Positions 1-10,128 of a DNA stretch of 64,000 nucleotides are shown piece after piece (position 1 is the stretch's first letter; each line of letters starts with the position of its first letter). Source of the DNA: Candidatus Poribacteria bacterium (GTDB lineage Bacteria; Poribacteria; WGA-4E; WGA-3G); NCBI GenBank assembly GCA_963665235.2, contig CAXXLX010000002.1, positions 1 through 64,000 on the forward strand. The letters run 5' to 3'. The notes beneath the pieces are model-generated. The model saw nothing but the letters and a program-made list of their open reading frames with translations. It ran no database searches and was not told the origin of the DNA. Both the position numbers and the translations under genes were made by a program.

Positions 1-413
1 TGTTAACAAACCAGAGGAGGTGTGACACGTAGTGTTGCGCCCTTGAGGTGTGGCATTCGTGTCACGCCCTTCCGGACAGGGTGGAGGGTTTACTCCCTCT
101 GCCCTTAATTGGCTCATTGGCAATTGGCAATTGGCGGCAATTAGCAATTAGCAAGATGTTGTGATTGGCTATTAGCAAGAAGTCTGAAGATTCGTCAGCA
201 GGTTTCTCCTCTTTGTTTCTTTCTCTTGCTATAAGGCATAAGCCAACAGCCATAAGCCAGCGAAGCTATACGGTTTCCAACAGCTAACATTATTTTTTAA
301 GGTTTACTTTCATTTCAAACTTTGGTATACTATTACGTAACGTTCACAATTAAAAAATTTTGCCGATGCGCTATCGGCATTCTAACTTACGGAAAACAGA
401 AGGAGGTACCTAA

Positions 414-494
414 ATGTTATATCTGAACACCACACTTAATCCGAACGTATTGCGTCTAAGGCGATGGTGCCTCTCGCCATTATCAATACATTAA
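414..494 (+). CDS. Putative 26-aa leader peptide (uORF), MLYLNTTLNPNVLRLRRWCLSPLSIH
   Basis: AAGGAGG at 400-406, ATG 414, TAA 492-494; too short for the ORF track. Confidence 0.3.
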   Translation: MLYLNTTLNPNVLRLRRWCLSPLSIH

Positions 495-543
495 ATTGGA
501 AATGGCATAGGTACCCGCGCCTCATTTTGAGGAGTCGCTATCT

Positions 544-918
544 ATGTCTAAATTTAACCCAGATTTTTGGGAAATTCCGGTGCCACCGGAATATTTCGAT
601 CGGCTAACTACGGAAGACCATCTCTGGTATCAACCGCCGGTTGACGAACGGACGAAGACACGCCGTGTCAAACGTCAGAAAGTCTTAACACAGATTCGTC
701 AAATTATCTCGGAAGAGCTGACTGACCGCCAAACTGCTTGTGTCGAACTCTATTTCTATGAAGGGAAAACGCAGGAGGAAATTGGCGACATTCTCGGCAT
801 TTCGCGCCGAGTCGTCAGTCAACATCTGTTCGGGATAACACGAAACGGCAAACAGATTGGCGGTGCGATTAATAAAATCCGAAAGGTGTGCCGCAAATTA
901 GGGATACAGTATCCGTAG
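544..918 (+). CDS. Small protein with sigma-70 region-4-type HTH (stand-alone sigma4/HTH regulator)
   Basis: LTDRQTACVELYFYEGKTQEEIGDILGISRRVVSQHL matches sigma region 4; GAGGAG RBS upstream. Confidence 0.75.
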   Translation: MSKFNPDFWEIPVPPEYFDRLTTEDHLWYQPPVDERTKTRRVKRQKVLTQIRQIISEELTDRQTACVELYFYEGKTQEEIGDILGISRRVVSQHLFGITRNGKQIGGAINKIRKVCRKLGIQYP

Positions 919-929
919 TTGTTAAAGGA

Positions 930-972
930 AGAAAACCAACCTACACTCACAGGAGATAGGGTTGGTTTTCTT
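930..972. terminator. Hairpin between convergent units, probable bidirectional terminator
   Basis: GAAAACCAACCTA...TAGGGTTGGTTTTC inverted repeat followed by T-rich tract. Confidence 0.5.
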
Positions 973-981
973 TCGGGAAAA

Positions 982-1056
982 TACCCCCGACGAGATTTGA
1001 ACTCGTGTCGCCGCCGTGAAAGGGCGGTGTCCTTGGCCAGGCTAGACGACGGGGGC
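982..1056 (-). tRNA. tRNA-Glu(TTC), CCA not encoded
   Basis: Reverse complement GCCCCCGTCGTCTAGCCTGGCCAAGGACACCGCCC-TTTCAC-GGCGG...GTTCAAATC...CGGGGGTA folds as a cloverleaf. Confidence 0.95.
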
Positions 1057-1078
1057 TTAAGGAGAATGAAAAATGAAA

Positions 1079-1152
1079 TGAGCCGTACAGGAATCGAACC
1101 TGTGACCCCCTGATTAAAAGTCAGGTGCTCTGTCCTGCTGAGCTAACGGCTC
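1079..1152 (-). tRNA. tRNA-Lys(TTT), CCA not encoded
   Basis: Reverse complement GAGCCGTTAGCTCAGCAGGACAGAGCACCTGA-CTTTTAA-TCAGG...GGTTCGATTCC...CGGCTCA. Confidence 0.95.
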
Positions 1153-1168
1153 AAACTCACAACCTTTA

Positions 1169-1197
1169 ATGATACTACATTTTTAGGCGGATGTCAA
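1169..1197 (-). promoter_or_regulatory. Sigma70 promoter of the tRNA-Lys/tRNA-Glu pair
   Basis: TTGACA-17bp-TATCAT on the minus strand, just upstream of tRNA-Lys. Confidence 0.65.
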
Positions 1198-1246
1198 ATT
1201 AAAAATGAAAAAAGAATTGAAATCCGCCTCGAATACGCTGTTATGC

Positions 1247-2527
1247 CTACCAAAACATCTTTCCTAACGGTACAATTTGTTCTCTATCCGGCCCGACAGA
1301 GATAATCGGAATTGGTACTTTGAGATAATCGGCGACATAAGCGACGTAGTCTTTGGTCTGTTGCGGAATATCCGTTTCGGTACGTGCTTCCGTTAGTGGG
1401 TGTTGCCACCCGGGTAACGTTTCATACACCGGTTCACACGCCTCCAAGACCCGCAGGCTGCTCGGGAAGGTGTTCGTCTCTTTTCCGTTATAGCGATAGG
1501 CAACACAGACCTGTAGCTCTGATAGGGTGTCAAACACATCTAATTTCGTCAAGGCAATAGCAGTGAGTCCGTTAATGTGTGTTGCGTATCGGAGCGCGAC
1601 GAGGTCAAGCCATCCACAACGTCTGGGGCGCTGCGTTGTAGCACCGTACTCTTTGCCGATACCCCGAATTTCTTCATCTAGGTCGGGAGGCATTTCAGTT
1701 GGAAACGGCCCCCCGCCGACGCGCGTGACATAAGCCTTTGAAACGCCTAGTACTTCATCAATCACTTTCGGTCCGATGCCAAGCCCGGTGCAGACCGCCC
1801 CTGCGGTACAGTTAGAGGAAGTGACATAAGGGTACGTGCCGAAATCTATATCTAACATAGTTCCCTGCGCGCCCTCAAATAGGATGCGTTTTTCTGCGGC
1901 AAGTGCCTCGTGCATGAAGGCGACGGTGTCGGTCACATAAGGTGCAAGCCGTTCCGCATAGCTGTGATACGTTTCAAGGAGCGCATGTCGGGCAACACCG
2001 CCTATCTGGAGTGCGTCCGATTTGGCTTGTAGGTTGTAGTCCAACTTCTTCTGGAAATGCTCAAAATCAAGCAGATCACAGACGCGTATCCCAGCGTGTC
2101 GATTCATCTTATCGGAGTAGGTCGGACCAATACCGCGGGAAGTGGTGCCGATTTTGGTTGCACTCCCCATCTGCTCCCACTGTTCAACGGCCTTATGGTA
2201 AGGCAAAATGAGATGGGCCCGGTCGCTGATTTTCAAATTATCGCTACTCACTTCAACGTCTTGCGCCTGCAAACGATCTATCTCACCGAAAAGGGTTTCC
2301 AAGTTAATAACAACCCCGTTGCCGATGACGTTCACGGTCCCCTGTCGGAAAATTCCGGAGGGAATTAGATGAAGGATAAACGTCTTTTCACCGAGTACAA
2401 TCGTGTGCCCTGCGTTATCTCCGCCCTGGTAGCGGGCGACAACATCCGCGTGCTCAGCGAAGACATCGGTGAGTTTCCCTTTACTTTCATCCCCCCACTG
2501 GGCACCTAGGATGACAATATTTGACAT
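1247..2527 (-). CDS. purA: Adenylosuccinate synthetase
   Basis: GAQWGDESKGK, GGDNAGHT, EGAQG, TTQRPRRCGWLD, TKLD motifs. Confidence 0.98.
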   Translation of the reverse strand: MSNIVILGAQWGDESKGKLTDVFAEHADVVARYQGGDNAGHTIVLGEKTFILHLIPSGIFRQGTVNVIGNGVVINLETLFGEIDRLQAQDVEVSSDNLKISDRAHLILPYHKAVEQWEQMGSATKIGTTSRGIGPTYSDKMNRHAGIRVCDLLDFEHFQKKLDYNLQAKSDALQIGGVARHALLETYHSYAERLAPYVTDTVAFMHEALAAEKRILFEGAQGTMLDIDFGTYPYVTSSNCTAGAVCTGLGIGPKVIDEVLGVSKAYVTRVGGGPFPTEMPPDLDEEIRGIGKEYGATTQRPRRCGWLDLVALRYATHINGLTAIALTKLDVFDTLSELQVCVAYRYNGKETNTFPSSLRVLEACEPVYETLPGWQHPLTEARTETDIPQQTKDYVAYVADYLKVPIPIISVGPDREQIVPLGKMFW

Positions 2528-2585
2528 ACAAATTCTTTGCGCGATAAATGTGCAGCTAGCTACAATTCCGTGACGTATAAAAGGT

Positions 2586-2981
2586 TTAACGTTTGGAGAA
2601 TTGGTAACGTGCTCGCGCCCCTTTCTGTCCGTATTTTTTTCGTTCTACCATTCTTGAGTCGCGTGTTAAAAAACCGCCTTTTTTCAACGAAGGTTTCAAC
2701 GATTCATCCGCATTCACGAGTGCACGTGCAAGACCGTGCGAAATTGCACCGGCTTGCCCAGTGTTGCCTCCACCGCGGACATTGACGTGAACCGCGTATT
2801 CGCCAACCCGTTCGACGTGTTCAATCGGTCGGCGGGCTGCCTTCACATGGTCGGGCCGGTCGAAGTACTCCTCAATCGGTTTTTTATTGACAATGATGTT
2901 GCCTTCGGCTCCAGGGATAATTCTAACGCGCGCGACAGCGGTTTTCCGTCTGCCTGTCCCCCAGTATTGTTCGATAGCCAT
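2586..2981 (-). CDS. rpsI: 30S ribosomal protein S9
   Basis: GTGRRKTAVARV, GGGNTGQAGA, C-terminal RYQFSKR. Confidence 0.98.
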   Translation of the reverse strand: MAIEQYWGTGRRKTAVARVRIIPGAEGNIIVNKKPIEEYFDRPDHVKAARRPIEHVERVGEYAVHVNVRGGGNTGQAGAISHGLARALVNADESLKPSLKKGGFLTRDSRMVERKKYGQKGARARYQFSKR

Positions 2982-3006
2982 ATCGTTTTTCCTTACCTAC
3001 TAAAAT

Positions 3007-3444
3007 CTAAAATGTTAAGACCTCCGGGGTCTGGGCCTGGTGTGGATGGTTCGGCCCCGTGTAAACCTTCAACCCCTTCATCAGTTTCGCCCCGAGTCGA
3101 TTCTTCGGCACCATGCCTTTGACAGCGGAAGTGATAATCGCCTCCGGACTGACTTCCATCTGTTCGTTGAAGGTCCTATATTTATCACCGCCCGGATAGC
3201 CGCTATGTCGGAAGTAAATCTTCTGCTCCCGTTTCTTTCCTGTGACAACCACCTTCTCGGCGTTAATCACAGCAACACGATACCCTAAATCCGCATGGGG
3301 TGTATACCCAGGGTCGTGTTTCCCTCTTAAAATTTGTGCAATTCGGGATGCCAAACGGCCGAGCACCTGCCCATCCGCATCGACGACGTACCACTTAATC
3401 TCTTTATCGGATTTAGGAAAATGGGTTTTCGTTTTCAGTATCAT
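3007..3444 (-). CDS. rplM: 50S ribosomal protein L13
   Basis: [34 protein letters not shown]; start placed at ATG 3444 (MILKTK). Confidence 0.97.
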   Translation of the reverse strand: MILKTKTHFPKSDKEIKWYVVDADGQVLGRLASRIAQILRGKHDPGYTPHADLGYRVAVINAEKVVVTGKKREQKIYFRHSGYPGGDKYRTFNEQMEVSPEAIITSAVKGMVPKNRLGAKLMKGLKVYTGPNHPHQAQTPEVLTF

Positions 3445-3505
3445 AATTTTTGACCTTTTCGTAAAATATGTCTGCAATCTCTCTTTAAGGAGATTTTATA
3501 GATAT

Positions 3506-3534
3506 ATTATACCACAAAAATTATGGATTGTCAA
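3506..3534 (-). promoter_or_regulatory. Sigma70 promoter of rplM-rpsI
   Basis: TTGACA-17bp-TATAAT with TG extended -10 on the minus strand. Confidence 0.75.
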
Positions 3535-3549
3535 AATTAAAAAGTGAAA

Positions 3550-3933
3550 AACGTGAGATTGGAAAAAGTTTTCCGCTCGTATTCGGGCAAACGGTTTCCC
3601 GCTCCTTAGGGCCTCTTTTCTTCTGTAGGAGCGTGCTGTGCACGCGATGGGTTTCTGCCCTGCCTTAGTCCCGTAGGGACGATATCTTTATAGAAACAGG
3701 CATCTCCACCACCCTCTTAGTCCCAGTATTCGGGCAAGCAGCCCGCTCTTTAAGGACGATATGTTTATAGAGTAGGACTTACGCAAATTTAGCACATAAC
3801 CTCGTAGGGGCGGGGTCCCCCGCCCGCTGGGTTTCCTTAGAGATCCCATTATCATAAGGACTTATCAACACGCTGCGTAAGTCCTGTTTATAGAGGGTTA
3901 GTGCAAATGGGCATTTATTAGCAAGCTCACGTT
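3550..3933. mobile_element. Composite MITE (family 2 ends AACGTGAG...CTCACGTT) filled with nested REPs and a family-4 MITE (3774-3885)
   Basis: Terminal inverted repeats shared with copies at 4275, 24487, 27356 and 50720; internal GTAGGAGCGTGCTGTGCACGCGA, CCCGTAGGGACGATAT and GTAGGGGCGGGGTCCCCCGCCC palindromes; AGGACTTACGCA...TGCGTAAGTCCT. Confidence 0.7.
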
Positions 3934-4068
3934 GAAAAGGGTGGAAGGGTGGAAGGGTGGAAGGATGGAAGGAAGGATTTGGCGTGTGTTGTCAGAATCT
4001 CGGATTTTTCGCGTATTACGTGGATTTTAGACAAGTTCATCCTGAGCCCAGTATGGGCGTTATGTTTA

Positions 4069-4212
4069 TACGCAAGTTGCCACATAGTAGCACAAACTTC
4101 ATAGTTTGTGGCATAAGGGCGCGAACTATGAAATTCACGGGACAATTATCATCATTTTTTGACTAAAAGCGGCGTTCCCAAGTCTAAAAATTTATAGGTG
4201 GCAACTTAGGTA
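4069..4212. mobile_element. MITE family 3 (ends ~ACCTAAGTTGCCAC)
   Basis: Homologous to 26010-26163; inverted termini CAAGTTGCCAC/GTGGCAACTTAGG. Confidence 0.65.
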
Positions 4213-4274
4213 TCTGTAGGAGCGTGCTGTGCACGCGATATTAAGGCACTGGCTGCTTGTCCGGATACTATAGG

Positions 4275-4427
4275 AACGTGAGCTTGATAATAAATATCCG
4301 TTTGCTCTAAACCTGTTTCACCGCGAAAAAAGCAGCATAATTGTAGCACATACTTCCTAGTTTGTGCAGTTTTTTGCTAAAACTACCAGAGAACGCTCTA
4401 GGTCAAAACTTTTTTCAAACTCGCGTT
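4275..4427 (-). mobile_element. MITE family 2 (~153 bp)
   Basis: Reverse-complement copy of 24487-24640; TIR AACG(C/T)GAG(C/T)TTGA. Confidence 0.8.
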
Positions 4428-4505
4428 ATAGGAGGTTTTTTGAACACCCGGCGAAAAATATCGAGAACTAAATAACCCTGGCCCAGGAACAAGGAAATTT
4501 TAAAT

Positions 4506-4534
4506 TTGCAAATCTTAATATTTTTTGATATACT
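4506..4534 (+). promoter_or_regulatory. Sigma70 promoter of the ArsA-family gene
   Basis: TTGCAA-17bp-TATACT with TG extension. Confidence 0.55.
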
Positions 4535-4572
4535 TAATAGGTGCATAAAAAAACTACGTAAGGAATTGAAAA

Positions 4573-5787
4573 ATGCGAATTATTTTTTATACAGGCAAAG
4601 GAGGCGTAGGCAAAACAACCATCTCTGCAGCAACAGGCCTCAAGCTAGCCGCACTTGGCTACAAAACGATTGTTATTTCGCTTGACGTAGCACATTCGCT
4701 CCGAGATGCGTTTGATACCGAAGAACGTCTCATCGCGCAAAGCGCGGACACCACCGAAAAACAGATACAAATTAACGAAAATCTTTGGATACAAGAGATT
4801 AACGTTCAGGAAGCAATTGTCGAATACTGGGATGAAGTTTACAACTACATCCGCTCACTGCTGAATCGGTCCGGGCTTCAAACCCTCGTCGCCGAAGAGA
4901 TTGCGGTGTTCCCAGGGATGGAAGAAATCTGCGCGCTCCTCTATATCAATCAGTACATCCGAGAAAACGCGTACGATGTCATTATCCTTGACTGTGCACC
5001 GACAGGTGAATCGCTAAGGTTCGTTAGCATTCCGACAACGCTTGAATGGTATATGAATCGCATTTTCAAACTAGAACGTAATCTCGCAAAAATAGCAGGG
5101 CCCGTGATTGAAAAGGTCAGCTCCGTTCCAATACCGCGGGATGCCTACTTCCAAAATATACAGAATCTTTTTGATAAATTAGAGGGTATTGAGGTAGTCC
5201 TAACGGACCCGAAGATTACAACGGTGCGCCTCGTGACCAACCCCGAAAAAATCGTAATCAAAGAGACACAACGCGCATTCATGTACTTCTGCCTTTACGG
5301 TTTGTGCATTGATGCGGTTATCATCAACCGCATATTTCCGGAGGGCGTTGAAGCGGAGTTTTTTGAAGTTTGGAAACAGACGCAACAGCGGTATATTGAG
5401 GAAGCCACTACCTATTTTTCGGGGGTACCGATTTGGAAAGTCAACCTCTTCGCCGATCAGATTGTTGGCGAACCCGGTTTATATCAACTCGGTGAGGCAC
5501 TCTACTCGGACATCGATCCGGCGGAACGGTTTGCTGAAAAAAGTCCGTATCAGTTTCGAAAAATTGATGAGCTATATCAACTTGAAATGCAATTGCCATT
5601 TTTGACCAAGGAGGAGGTAGACATCACGAAGCACGGAGACGAGCTAATCATCACTATCGGGGGCTTTAAACAGCACGTTGCCCTCCCGCGAAGCTTGGCA
5701 AATGCCAAAGCCACAGGCGCGAAACTCTCTGAAACGAAACTTGTCGTTACGTTCCAGCAGCCCGAAGCACAGAGCTCTATTAAATAA
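4573..5787 (+). CDS. ArsA/Get3 (TRC40) family ATPase with C-terminal HSP20-like domain
   Basis: GKGGVGKTT deviant Walker A, DVAHSL, DCAPTGESLRF; C-terminal GDELIITIGGFKQHVALP. Confidence 0.9.
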   Translation: MRIIFYTGKGGVGKTTISAATGLKLAALGYKTIVISLDVAHSLRDAFDTEERLIAQSADTTEKQIQINENLWIQEINVQEAIVEYWDEVYNYIRSLLNRSGLQTLVAEEIAVFPGMEEICALLYINQYIRENAYDVIILDCAPTGESLRFVSIPTTLEWYMNRIFKLERNLAKIAGPVIEKVSSVPIPRDAYFQNIQNLFDKLEGIEVVLTDPKITTVRLVTNPEKIVIKETQRAFMYFCLYGLCIDAVIINRIFPEGVEAEFFEVWKQTQQRYIEEATTYFSGVPIWKVNLFADQIVGEPGLYQLGEALYSDIDPAERFAEKSPYQFRKIDELYQLEMQLPFLTKEEVDITKHGDELIITIGGFKQHVALPRSLANAKATGAKLSETKLVVTFQQPEAQSSIK

Positions 5788-5830
5788 CGTAGGGGTAGGT
5801 CCTCCGTCAAACCGCTACCAATTTGTCAGC

Positions 5831-6502
5831 ATGCACATCAAAACGGATAAATCTGTTCTCACTGTAGCCTGTACTACACTTTTAACGTTCTTACTATTGT
5901 TTCTGCATGACAAATTGGCGGGCAAAATCGGGGCTATCTGGCTGCTTTATCCGAACATCCTGCTATCAGCCGGCTGGTTCGGCTATCTGATATGGAAACA
6001 ACGTGAAACATCAGAAATCCTTTTTCGCAGTGTATTGTTCGGCTTTGCTACTGCAGCGACATATCTGCCGATAGACTGGCTGTTTTCGAGAAAAATGTAT
6101 CTCATCGTCTATCGCAGTACAGACGTAACAACGCCAATTGGGCTGATACTAACGTGGACGATTTTTGCCACGTTAACTGTTTACAGTTATCATCGACTTC
6201 ACCAGAACGGTTTGCACCGTTTCGTGGCTTCAGTGATAACCGGTGCCGCTGCAGGACTCGGAAGCATCGTTATCTACGGACTGGGACCGGCATTATGGAC
6301 ATGGAACGAGCTCCGGGTGGAAAATATTGCAAAAATTGCCACGGTGCCGGTCTTTGTACCGTTCACTTTTCTGTTGACCTATACCCTTTGTCCGTATTAC
6401 TTTCACCGGGAGCAACCCGCGTTAGTCGCTGGCATGCGGTGCGGGCTCTTCATGGGGGCACTGATGTTTCTTAGTTTTCTGGTGTTTTATCGATGGCGAT
6501 AG
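5831..6502 (+). CDS. Multi-pass membrane protein, unknown function
   Basis: About 7 hydrophobic segments; start placed at ATG 5831, after the ArsA stop. Confidence 0.7.
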   Translation: MHIKTDKSVLTVACTTLLTFLLLFLHDKLAGKIGAIWLLYPNILLSAGWFGYLIWKQRETSEILFRSVLFGFATAATYLPIDWLFSRKMYLIVYRSTDVTTPIGLILTWTIFATLTVYSYHRLHQNGLHRFVASVITGAAAGLGSIVIYGLGPALWTWNELRVENIAKIATVPVFVPFTFLLTYTLCPYYFHREQPALVAGMRCGLFMGALMFLSFLVFYRWR

Positions 6503-6587
6503 TATACCGGAAGAGGTCTCTTTCTTCTCCTGCTAATTGCTCGCTGGCTATTGGCTTATGGCGATTGGAAACCAGAGAAAGAGGTTT

Positions 6588-6616
6588 TTGACGCGCGTCA
6601 AAGCACGTGTTATAAT
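6588..6616 (+). promoter_or_regulatory. Sigma70 promoter of hslVU
   Basis: TTGACG-17bp-TATAAT with TG extension. Confidence 0.7.
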
Positions 6617-6674
6617 CACAACATCTTGCCAATAGCCAATAGCCAATAGCTAATTACCAACCTAGGAAAAATAT

Positions 6675-7238
6675 ATGTTTAATTCACTTGACAGTCCAAA
6701 GATACGTTCAACAACGATTTTAACAGTCCGCAGAGATGGGCAGGTCGCTATCGGAGGCGATGGGCAGGTCACATTAGGGGATACTGCAATTAAACACGGG
6801 GCGCGAAAAATACGTAAAATCCATCAGGACCGAGTGCTGCTCGGATTTGCTGGGTCCGCCTCGGACGCGCTCACCCTCTACGAAAATTTGGAAAAGAAGT
6901 TGGAACAGTACCGGGGCAGTCTTCAGAAAGCAGCTGTGGAACTTGCAAGAGATTGGCGCACCGACCGCATTCTCAGACGCGCCGATGCACTGATGATTGC
7001 AGTTGACGCAAAAGATGGATACCTCATTTCTGGCAACGGGGATGTGATTGTCCCCGACGATAATGTCCTTGCCATCGGGTCAGGTGCCGCCATCGCGCAA
7101 GCCGCTGCCAAAGCCCTCCTTAACCATTCAACATTGACCGCTTCCGAGATTATTAAAGAGGCACTACAGATTACGAGTGAGATTTGTATCTATACTAACG
7201 CACGTATTGAAATCGAAACAATTGAAACGGAGGAGTAG
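6675..7238 (+). CDS. hslV: ATP-dependent protease subunit HslV
   Basis: Short propeptide then catalytic TTI, GDGQVTLG, GFAG, AIGSG, ICIYTN. Confidence 0.97.
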   Translation: MFNSLDSPKIRSTTILTVRRDGQVAIGGDGQVTLGDTAIKHGARKIRKIHQDRVLLGFAGSASDALTLYENLEKKLEQYRGSLQKAAVELARDWRTDRILRRADALMIAVDAKDGYLISGNGDVIVPDDNVLAIGSGAAIAQAAAKALLNHSTLTASEIIKEALQITSEICIYTNARIEIETIETEE

Positions 7239-7321
7239 AACAGTATACGTCCCCGCGGACCAAAACCTCAAAGTCTGCATCTGCTACCTACCAACCGAGC
7301 TCACGTTTTTAGGAGGTTATC

Positions 7322-8803
7322 TTGGAGAATTCAAATGTAAAAACCAAAATGTTAGCATCCGCGTTAACCCCGCGGCAAATTGTTGAGGAACTTGATAAAT
7401 ATATTATCGGACAGTTCGAGGCGAAACGGTCAGTCGCCATCGCGCTTCGAAATCGGGCACGCCGACAGATGCTGGCTGAAGAAATGCAAGACGAAGTTGC
7501 ACCGAAAAATATCATCATGATTGGGTCAACCGGCGTGGGCAAAACTGAAATTGCACGCCGACTTGCACGCCTCGTTGATGCCCCCTTCATTAAGGTCGAA
7601 GCTTCAAAGTACACTGAAATCGGATACGTCGGCAGGGACGTGGAATCCATGATTCGTGACCTAACCGAACTCTCTGTCAGCAAGGTCAAAGCAGAGCAAA
7701 CCACCGTCGTTGAAGAAAAGGCACTCGAATTTGTCGAAGAACGGCTATTGGACTGTTTAATCCCGATGCCCCGATTCCTACAGAAAACCCTCACGAATGA
7801 ACCCTCGGATGAATTCGATTTCGATGATGACAAAGACGATGACGACGACGATTTTGACTTCCCGTTCGACCTTGATGTTGCTGATGAACAGGTGGAAGCA
7901 CTGGAAAAACAGAGAGAACGGTACCAGAAAACACGGGATAAATTCCGAAAGCAGCTCAAGGAGGGAACGCTTGAGGATAAGGAAATTGAAATCAGCATGA
8001 AAAGCCGAAGCACACCGTTCGTTGAAATCTTTTCACCCGGCGGTATTGAGGAGATGGACATCAACTTCAAAGATATGTTCGGCGGCATACTTCCAAGTCA
8101 GACCAAAAAACGCAGAGTGCTTGTCTCTGAAGCACGGCAAATCTTGATGCAAGAGGAAGCAGAAAAACTGATTGACATGGACGCTGTTATCAGTGAAGCA
8201 ATTGAGCGGGTCGAGAACACCGGCATTGTCTTTTTGGACGAAATCGACAAAATTGCTGGCAGAGAATCCCGACACGGCCCGGATGTCTCCCGCGAAGGTG
8301 TACAACGCGATATCCTCCCTATCATTGAGGGCAGCACAATTGCCTCAAAATATGGCGCGGTCCGGACACATCATATCCTTTTCATCGCTGCCGGAGCTTT
8401 CCATGTTTCTAACCCGTCCGATTTGATTCCTGAACTACAAGGCCGTTTCCCAATCCGGGTAGAACTCAAAAGTCTTAATAAATCGGACTTTGAATCTATT
8501 CTCACCGAACCTAAAAACGCCCTAGTGAAGCAGTATACGGCACTGCTCAATACGGAGGGAATAGAGGCGACTATCACCGAAGATGCAATTGAGGAGATCG
8601 CTTCGCTTGCGTTCCAAGTGAACGAATCGGTTGAGGACATTGGCGCGCGACGGCTGTACACTATCATGGAGAAGCTGTTTGAAAACCTCTTTTTCGACGC
8701 ACCCGACCTGGAGGCAAAGGAGATTACCATTGATGCCGATTATGTCCAAGCAGAATTGGCCGAAATCGTCAAAGACCAAGATCTGAGCAGATACATTCTC
8801 TAG
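7322..8803 (+). CDS. hslU: ATP-dependent protease ATPase subunit HslU
   Basis: [52 protein letters not shown]; AGGAGG RBS before TTG start. Confidence 0.98.
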   Translation: MENSNVKTKMLASALTPRQIVEELDKYIIGQFEAKRSVAIALRNRARRQMLAEEMQDEVAPKNIIMIGSTGVGKTEIARRLARLVDAPFIKVEASKYTEIGYVGRDVESMIRDLTELSVSKVKAEQTTVVEEKALEFVEERLLDCLIPMPRFLQKTLTNEPSDEFDFDDDKDDDDDDFDFPFDLDVADEQVEALEKQRERYQKTRDKFRKQLKEGTLEDKEIEISMKSRSTPFVEIFSPGGIEEMDINFKDMFGGILPSQTKKRRVLVSEARQILMQEEAEKLIDMDAVISEAIERVENTGIVFLDEIDKIAGRESRHGPDVSREGVQRDILPIIEGSTIASKYGAVRTHHILFIAAGAFHVSNPSDLIPELQGRFPIRVELKSLNKSDFESILTEPKNALVKQYTALLNTEGIEATITEDAIEEIASLAFQVNESVEDIGARRLYTIMEKLFENLFFDAPDLEAKEITIDADYVQAELAEIVKDQDLSRYIL

Positions 8804-8894
8804 GGGGACGCTATAGATAGGCGCGGTTTCAAACCGTGCCTACCCTTAGCTGCCCGGAATCGACGCACAGAAACCCGACACCGAAAAATATGAG

Positions 8895-10109
8895 ATGCAA
8901 TTCACAGCGAAAGATATAACCACATCAGAAGCCCGCTTGTCCAGTGGACAAACGGAAATCCAAAAATTCGGCAGCCTTGTCCTGTTCGTTACCTATCTTC
9001 TCATCCTGCCGAGTAGTTTCGCCCAGAATCACTGGCAAGTGCCGACAAGCAACGAGCTCCTCCACGGCATAACCGCGCTAACGTTCTCCCCAGATGGCAC
9101 GCAAATAGCAGTCGCAAACACCAGCGGAATTTCTCTATATGAAACCTACACCGGTAAACAACGCACCCTATTTAGGACAACAACACATCCTGTCACCGCT
9201 TTAGCCCTTTCTCCTGACAACCGAACGCTTGCCAGTGCAAACGAAGACCGGACAGTCAACTTGTGGGACACACACACCGGAGCGCATCGAACCCGTTTCA
9301 CAATTCCAGTGCACGCGGTTGTTGCCTTAGTCTTCTCACCGGACAGCACAACCCTTGCAGGGGGGAGCTTCAAAGCCATTCATTTATGGCACTTAACCGA
9401 TAAACACGCGCGCATTAGGACTGTGCTTCATGGGCACCGGGATATGGTTACCACGTTGGCGTTCTCTCCGGATGCCCAAACCCTCGCCAGCACAAGCTTT
9501 TACGGCACAATTCTATTATGGAATACGCGGACCTACCAACTACAAAATGCTATCCAAGCACATACAGATTCAATCTTAACCCTTGCGTTCTCGCCGGACG
9601 GTAAAATGCTGGCAAGCGGCGGATATTGGAGCCCAGATACAGAAAGCACAATCCGTTTGTGGGACCCATATACTGCCGAACTCCAAACAACGTTTTCGGG
9701 ACATACGAATACTGTCTTTGACCTAGCGTTTTCATCTGATGCCCAAAACGAAAGCATAACGCTTGCTAGTGCAGGTCGGGACAGGACGATTCGTTTATGG
9801 AACCCCTATACGCGTGAACTGATAGCAATCTTTGAGGGAGATATGCACCCTGCCTCTACCCTCACATTTTTACCGAAACCACAAAGTCCTCGCAGCACAG
9901 TCCTTGCAAACGTGAGTCTTGATAACACGTTGCTGCTGTGGGAGCTTGCCACCGCCCGCCCACCGTGGGATGTCAATAGAGACGGGTTGATAAATATATC
10001 GGATTTAACCTTCATCACCTCCCGTTTTGGGCAGACCTCGCCTGATGTCAACGGTGACGGCATTGTAAATATCTTAGATTTAGTCGCTGTTGCAGCGCAA
10101 ATTCAATAA
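8895..10109 (+). CDS. Exported WD40-repeat beta-propeller protein with C-terminal dockerin-like domain
   Basis: Repeated GH...LAFSPDG.TLAS...TIRLWD units; DVNRDGLINISDL and DVNGDGIVNILDL. Confidence 0.85.
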   Translation: MQFTAKDITTSEARLSSGQTEIQKFGSLVLFVTYLLILPSSFAQNHWQVPTSNELLHGITALTFSPDGTQIAVANTSGISLYETYTGKQRTLFRTTTHPVTALALSPDNRTLASANEDRTVNLWDTHTGAHRTRFTIPVHAVVALVFSPDSTTLAGGSFKAIHLWHLTDKHARIRTVLHGHRDMVTTLAFSPDAQTLASTSFYGTILLWNTRTYQLQNAIQAHTDSILTLAFSPDGKMLASGGYWSPDTESTIRLWDPYTAELQTTFSGHTNTVFDLAFSSDAQNESITLASAGRDRTIRLWNPYTRELIAIFEGDMHPASTLTFLPKPQSPRSTVLANVSLDNTLLLWELATARPPWDVNRDGLINISDLTFITSRFGQTSPDVNGDGIVNILDLVAVAAQIQ

Positions 10110-10128
10110 CACCAATAGGTGAACTCAC

